Shown here: positions 8,198 through 13,800 of the stretch, one piece after another
Layout: each line of letters begins with the position of its first letter
Numbering within the stretch: position 1 is the first letter of the stretch
Source of the DNA: Amoeboradix gromovi X-113
Taxonomy: Eukaryota; Fungi; Sanchytriomycota
Direction of reading: 5' to 3'
Length of the DNA: 13,800 nucleotides
Assembly (NCBI GenBank): GCA_018985225.1
Contig: JADGIF010000227.1
Coordinates: 1 to 13,800, forward strand
The notes under the pieces: generated by a model
The model's database searches: none
Seen by the model: the letters and a program-made list of their open reading frames with translations, nothing else
Told to the model about the DNA's origin: nothing
Translations under genes and position numbers: made by a program

Positions 8198-8340
8198 TGT
8201 TTTCTCCGATCTCCCCAACCTTTAATTCAATTACAAGAGTTCCTTAAATTGCTTTGTTCCAACCATTTCAGATAGCATTATTTTAAAACTTTTGGTAGCT
8301 TTGGCCTGTCTTTGAAACAAACCCAAGAATCTTTAATAAG

Positions 8341-9160
8341 ATGGCTACATTTAGAGAAGCGTATAGCATTCTGCAGAAAATTCACGAAGATTTAGTGCCA
8401 AAAGATGCTGAAAAAAAAGAAATAGATTTATTTACTGTTAAAAAGAGACAAGTTGGTCAGAACAGTAAAAAAGCGCGTCAACTGATTAAACAAAGAAATG
8501 AAACTAAGGACCCAATTTTGGTAGCCAAGCTAAGTGCAGAAATAAGAACTATGCTAAAACAAATGGATGCAGATATCATCGAAATGAGAAAAAATGTGGA
8601 AAAGGAGGAACAAAAGAAAAAGTTAACTACTCCAGAACTAGACAAGATCAAACAAAAAAAGGAAATAATTGATCTCTGTGTTGAGCATTCCAAAGATATA
8701 ACAGAGCAGGATAAAAGCCGCTTTGATGATAAGGTAAAAAGTAATAAAATCCAGCTGCTGGAATCAAGTTCTGCAACAAGGACTGCAGCTAGTGAAGTTT
8801 CTACTTCAGGTGGACTACCTGACATTGAATTGACTCCAGATTTTGACGAAATTGCTAGAAATAATATGGCAATTGATGAAGATGTTGCAGAGATAGGTCA
8901 TGGGGTCCGTAATTTAAAAACTCTAGCAACAGATATGCAAGGCGAGATTGATAAACAAAACGTTATGCTTACTGAAGTAAATGATAAAGTAGATAGGGCC
9001 CAAAATAAGGTTGACAACATCAATCAAAGGTTGAAATCTGCTGTAGATTCGGTAGTTTAATCTTATCTAGGTGATGACAGGAGATAGGTTCATGTGCACT
9101 TTCATTATGCTAATTGTGTTTCTAGCAATGCTTGCGTTTATTATAAATAAGTTTGCTTAA
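8341..9160 (+). CDS. Qc-SNARE, SYP7 (SYP71)-like, 266 aa with C-terminal TM anchor; exons 8341-9051, 9071-9160
   Basis: SNARE motif IDEDVAEIGHGVRNLKTLATDMQGEIDKQNVMLTEVNDKVDRAQNKVDNINQRLK. Spliced tail VMTGDRFMCTFIMLIVFLAMLAFIINKFA* is a TM anchor. The N-terminal AKLSAEIR...KKLTTPEL recalls plant SYP71. Confidence 0.9.
9052..9070 (+). other. 19-nt intron in the SNARE gene
   Basis: GTAGTTTAATCTTATCTAG, phase 0, with an in-frame TAA. Removal adds the expected TM anchor. Confidence 0.92.
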
Positions 9161-10231
9161 TAAGGTTTTTAAATAAAAACGTGTTAGTTTCTTAGTTACT
9201 GTACTCCTATTATATGCTTTCAAGTACGAAAACGGCTGAATATAGGACAAATTTTAGGCTCTTTCTGAGAATTGCCGCCTGATTTTGTTATCTTTGGTTT
9301 CAACGCTACTCCTGGTCCTGGGCTTTCAGATGTTTGTCGGAACGGTTGGATTGCCGAATAGGTTTACAAGTTTATTTCCTAGCGTAAAAGACATGACGAA
9401 AATGAAGATTATCTAGGCGATAGACGAATCTTTAAAAATCTTCCGTTCTTTTTTAATCTACTAGTAATACGCATGACTTCGTGCATTAGTTTCTGGAACA
9501 AATCCTATTTATGGGTTAGCCCAATAAGCTGATAGCTGAAACATGTTATCAGTAGCAATAATAGTGACAGCTGTAATAATCTACTACAATTGCTGGTCAC
9601 TGATCAAGCTTGGGTGATCATTTGCTCCGAATACCTATTTGACTTGGCCATTTAGTATTAGATGATAAAGCGGCATCAAATAAAGCTAAAAACTAACTAG
9701 TCGCAGAGTAACTTTTTCTGTTAATATTTGGGTCTGTTTCTCAAGACACGTACACCACTTTCAGTGATGTAATGATTTTTAAAGATATCTTGTAAGGATT
9801 CTCATTGAAAGGCGAGCAAAGATCTTTAATTGACAAGATCTTAGGGTAATACAGTCATTTTTTCACTTGCTCCACAATTCTTTCCCATTACCTGTTGCAT
9901 TTATCTATATATTTTATGTATCCATTTGTTTTGAATAACAGCGTGGCTATTATACCAACAATGATTGGAGTCATAACTTGCACCAGTGTGACCATAAGAC
10001 ATAAAAGGCAGCTTATAATAAGATCCGTCTTTTCTGTTTTGATGCTGATATATTTGGCTGTTCCAAGTGTCACAGTTATTATAGAGTTGATGGTTGGGCT
10101 AATGCTAGCAGAGAACATTTTATGATTTAATAAATTTATTTCTGAAATCACCTGTTGTAGTCTAAATCTCGTGTTTTTGTTGTGCTTTTGCACTTTCTTC
10201 GTCGCGGAGCCATTTAAAACAACGCTTTGAA

Positions 10232-11135
10232 ATGAATGTCAATTTTGAACCTTATTATGATGCTTTCCACATGCCATACTTTAAGCTAGAATCTATACTG
10301 ATGAAGTTCATTCCTTTTCGACTTAGCACGCCGTTAGTTCCTAGCGCACATGCCAAATTTCTTCCGTTTATGCAACCTGAACTACCTATTATGTTTATTT
10401 TGATTTATTTTGGAATATGCTATTTGGGGAGACAGAGGTCAAGTAGGTTTGATCACCCTTGGTTCAAATTTCTAGTAAACGTGTACAACGCTTTTTTAGT
10501 AGTATTAAGTGCTTTTATGGTGTCTACCATCACAATCGAAACAACTAGACTCGGATATACTTGGTTTAACAACCCAATTGACGAATCCGTAAATGCTAGA
10601 AATTTGGCAAAGGCGCTAAGTATCTTTTACTTAAGTAAATATCCTGAACTATTGGATACCGTGATCATGGCAATAAAGGGAAACACTCGGCAAATCTCTT
10701 TTCTTCACATTTATCACCATAGTAGTATAATTTTCATCTGGTATGTGGTAACCTTTACTACTCCTTACTCTGAGGCATATTTCTGTGCATTACAGAATTG
10801 TGCAGTTCACACGTTAATGTACAGCTACTACTTGCTTACAAGCATGAAGATGGGATCATTCTTCACCAAAAGAATTAAGAAATACATGACTCTAATGCAA
10901 ATGGTACCTTTGAATAACGTAGACTCAATTTATGCTAAATGTAGTACAATGTGGCTACTACTTGTATGTATACTTCAACGGAGAATCAAAAGGGTATCCT
11001 ATCTACCAGTGTTACTTTTTAATTGCTTACATGGTAAGTCTCTTAACTTTGTTCGGCAAATTCTACATCAATGATAGAAAGAGAGAGGGCGCTCTTAAGA
11101 CTTTGAAAAAAGCCGACAGTAAGAAGATTCAGTAA
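10232..11135 (+). CDS. ELO/GNS1-SUR4 family fatty-acid elongase, PUFA (delta-6/ELOVL5-type)-like, 294 aa; exons 10232-10903, 10923-11135
   Basis: FYLSKYPELLDT, QISFLHIYHH, HTLMYSYY, spliced KKYMTLMQM|TQF (TxxQxxQF motif), LFGKFY and C-terminal dilysine KKIQ. Joins ORFs 10232..11074 and 10932..11135. Confidence 0.95.
10904..10922 (+). other. 19-nt intron in the elongase gene
   Basis: GTACCTTTGAATAACGTAG; removal restores the conserved TxxQxxQF motif and the C-terminal frame. Confidence 0.93.
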
Positions 11136-11508
11136 ATACATTCATTGTAGCAACAAATTTGGAGTCTCAAATCCCTTTAACTTTGTGACCAAGGGCCTTG
11201 CAATATATGAAAATATCAAAAGAGAGTGATCTACGCAACTAATCAGCTCTGGCTACTAAATGCCTTTACTAATATATATAATGAGAAAATCTAAAATTAT
11301 TAAGACTTTCTTCAAATGGTTGCAACCTCTTTACTCCAATAAGTGTGACAACCTGTATTTTGTATAAAAATGGGTGATAACCGCTGATTTGCCAGAGACG
11401 GCGCTTCCTCTTTCAAAAGTTATTTAAGAGTTGATACAATGGAACGACTTCTTAAGATGCTTTATTAGGGAATACTTTTCCAAAAAATTTGATTTTCTTT
11501 TTCCTGAC

Positions 11509-13311
11509 ATGGATCAAAATAAAAATCAGAAATCAGTTTCCTTTCAGATCAACAACACCCCAAAGGACACTTCCAAAATAGGTTTCCAGTCTTTTGGTCA
11601 ACAACCGCAATCAAATCAGCAATCTTTTGGTCAACAACCGCAATCAAATCAACAATCTTTTGGTCAACAACCGCAATCAAATCAACAATCTTTTGGCCAA
11701 CAACCGCAATCAAGTCAGCAATCTACTTTTGCCTTTGGTTCTTCCAATCCAAACAAGACGAGTAATAATCAGAACCCTTCATTTGGATTTGGAAATGCTA
11801 ACAATCAAGGTAGCAGTCAGATAACTCCATCTCAGTTTTCATTTGGTACAAACCAACCTCAGGTGGCATCCCAATCTGGTTTTAGTGTTGCCAATTCCAA
11901 TTCCACATCAGCTGCCAAAACACCACAACCAACTGGTTTTAATTTTAATACAACTTCCAATAATCAGCCTCCAAAGATTTCAGGATTTGGGCAGCAACAA
12001 AATAGTGCAACAACTGTTGGAACGACATTCGGTCAGCAACAGTCGAAACCAGAGTTCGGTCAGAAGCCTGCAATAACAGGGTTTGGTCAGCAGCCTTCAG
12101 CTACAACTGGATTTGGAAAGTCTACTCAGCCATCATCTCAGACAACTTTAGGATTTGGTCAGACTAGTAATAATTCTGGATTTGAGCATCAGGCCGTTAC
12201 GCAGTCTACTAACCAACAAGCAGCGACACAAGCAAAGCCAGCATTTAATTTTGGCACTAAAAACACTACACAAGTATCAACTACTCCGTCACAGTCAACA
12301 AACCAAGTTTTAGCGACTCAACCATCCTCTTTTAAATTTGCTGCTCAACCAACTAATCAGGCTACTGGATTAGCGACAGTGCCAAATACGGAAAATACCC
12401 AGAGCTCGCAACCCGCTGCTCAGGGCTTTAGCTTTGGTAAAACTGCTGCCCCTGCAGTGACTACGTCAACTTCTGATCCTACGACTGTTAATGCGCCCGC
12501 TTCATTTAGCTTTGCAGCTAAATCTGATAAAGAAAAACCCTCTGTTGACAAACCAGAAGTATCGGCACCCACGGCTAAGAAGGTCAATTTTGCACCTATC
12601 ACATCTACTGACTTTAACACCCCAGTATCTAAACCAAAAGATCAGCCGCTTCAGTCCCTGCTGCTTGACACCCCGCAACAGCAAGGAATGTCCTCCTTGA
12701 TGAATACAAACAATATAGAGCGTAACACTTTGGATCAGATAGTGCAACAGTGGAATCATGGACTGCTGCAACACAAGAAGCAGTTTCACTATACTTGTGA
12801 ACTTATCCGGCAATTTGATCAGCAATTAGTCACTAGTCATAAGATGATATACTCAGTAGATCAGACCCTCAAGAAAGTAAAGCAAAGCGAATCGAAAATA
12901 GAGACGGATCTATCGTATTTGGAGGGAGAGCAAATAGCATTAGTTAAGCAGATTGAGCATTATGATCAGCTTGTAGATCAGCTCTTAAAAGAACAAGGAA
13001 TTGAAGTAAAGGATGGGGAATTAGGTGGAAATATACAGCAGCAGGATACTCAAAGATATCAGGGATTGTGTGTTATAAATGAGAGTATTTGCAAGATGAA
13101 TGAGTTGCAAACTGCAGTAGATGCGAGTCATTTGCAAATAAACGAACTGGGGGAACTGAAGGATCCAATGCAGCTAATAACTATGATATTGAGTGAGCAC
13201 TTGAACAGTTTACAAGATTTAGATAAGCAGTGTCATCTGTTGGATAAACAGGTAAAGCAAGTCAAAATGATGCAAGAAAAAGTGAGCTTTAGAGATGCAG
13301 ATATGTTCTAA
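11509..13311 (+). CDS. NSP1: FG-repeat nucleoporin Nsp1/Nup62, 600 aa
   Basis: N-terminal FG/FxFG repeats (SFGQQ, FSFG, FNFG) and a C-terminal coiled coil TLDQIVQQWNHGLLQHKKQF...FDQQLV matching Nsp1_C. The first in-frame ATG is at 11509; the ORF track start 11431 is a TTG. Confidence 0.92.
   Translation: MDQNKNQKSVSFQINNTPKDTSKIGFQSFGQQPQSNQQSFGQQPQSNQQSFGQQPQSNQQSFGQQPQSSQQSTFAFGSSNPNKTSNNQNPSFGFGNANNQGSSQITPSQFSFGTNQPQVASQSGFSVANSNSTSAAKTPQPTGFNFNTTSNNQPPKISGFGQQQNSATTVGTTFGQQQSKPEFGQKPAITGFGQQPSATTGFGKSTQPSSQTTLGFGQTSNNSGFEHQAVTQSTNQQAATQAKPAFNFGTKNTTQVSTTPSQSTNQVLATQPSSFKFAAQPTNQATGLATVPNTENTQSSQPAAQGFSFGKTAAPAVTTSTSDPTTVNAPASFSFAAKSDKEKPSVDKPEVSAPTAKKVNFAPITSTDFNTPVSKPKDQPLQSLLLDTPQQQGMSSLMNTNNIERNTLDQIVQQWNHGLLQHKKQFHYTCELIRQFDQQLVTSHKMIYSVDQTLKKVKQSESKIETDLSYLEGEQIALVKQIEHYDQLVDQLLKEQGIEVKDGELGGNIQQQDTQRYQGLCVINESICKMNELQTAVDASHLQINELGELKDPMQLITMILSEHLNSLQDLDKQCHLLDKQVKQVKMMQEKVSFRDADMF
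11590..11721 (+). repeat. 33-bp coding tandem repeat x4 (SFGQQPQSNQQ)
   Basis: Units at 11590, 11623, 11656 and 11689 with consensus TCTTTTGGTCAACAACCGCAATCAAATCARCAA and only a few substitutions. Confidence 0.97.
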
Positions 13312-13800
13312 ATGTTAATAAATACAATTCTTTTGATATTTGAAGAGGAAGCTGAGTTTCGTTCCAAATGGCTCTTAAAATCCGATTTCTCACATTAAAT
13401 TTGCAGACTGATTGCAACTGTGTTAAAAAGCAAATCTTGCTTTCAATCGGTGAATTCGGCTTGTTTTGTATGAGATTATCAACTAGTTAAATAGAACCAG
13501 CTGTTATGAGTGTGTTAATATATTATAGCAAAAAAGAAAGAATTAAGTGGAGTCAAAACAGCTACTGCTGCTTAGTTGTAAGGCTTTGTGGCTGGGACTT
13601 TAAGCATTTCAACCCATATGGGACACCAAATACAAAAACTAGACTAACTCGTTTTTAAAGAAGGTGCTCCATACGGAGGAAATGCTGTCATTAATAAAAG
13701 ATCTTCTATTATACCAATTTTCCTAGACGGTGCTCTTTTCTAGAGTCATTCTCACAGACACTACATTTCTTTGAAGTGTAATCTATGGACAGTCTCCCTG

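Noticed and set aside
8198-8218. N-terminal extensions from TTG starts (DRG1 8218; Nsp1 11431; stomatin 375)
   Set aside because: These come from bacterial-style start calling; ATG starts fit the conserved N-termini.
9362-9382. Intron-like GTTTACAAGTTTATTTCCTAG (21 nt)
   Set aside because: It lacks the A at -6, and removal gives no meaningful ORF.
11590-11721. 33-bp repeats as a CRISPR-like array
   Set aside because: The units are contiguous with no spacers and encode in-frame FG-nucleoporin repeats.
363-12825. Short antisense or overlapping ORFs in the track (for example 363..584, 707..949, 953..1219, 3119..3400, 8478..8825, 11594..11824, 12502..12825)
   Set aside because: They are shadows of well-supported genes, with no recognisable motifs.
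1-13800. Alternative genetic code or programmed frameshifting to explain the broken ORFs
   Set aside because: Conserved proteins end at TAA/TAG where expected, and every break in the host genes is resolved by a consensus GT-AG micro-intron.

Overview
Gene-dense, AT-rich eukaryotic DNA in the standard genetic code, most consistent with a compact early-diverging fungal genome (PacC/Rim101-like zinc finger, fungal-type stomatin N-terminus, SYP7-like SNARE, PUFA-type elongase); the taxon is an inference. Nine host genes are supported: stomatin, ankyrin/PP1 regulator, coiled-coil protein, J-like protein, C2H2 transcription factor, DRG1/RBG1 GTPase, SYP7-like Qc-SNARE, fatty-acid elongase and Nsp1/Nup62. 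The ORF track misses three things. (1) Six ultra-small GT-AG introns of 19-21 nt share an invariant A six nt from the 3' end, and splicing them repairs the stomatin, SNARE and elongase genes. (2) Sequences related to Fanzor/TnpB RNA-guided nucleases: the 3' end of an apparently intact gene with a 19-nt intron inside its RuvC-III motif (2-167), a decayed Fanzor2-like copy on the minus strand followed by a structured omegaRNA-like region (about 4285-4645), and a weak third fragment at the right edge. (3) Almost every host stop codon is fused to or directly next to an AATAAA signal.
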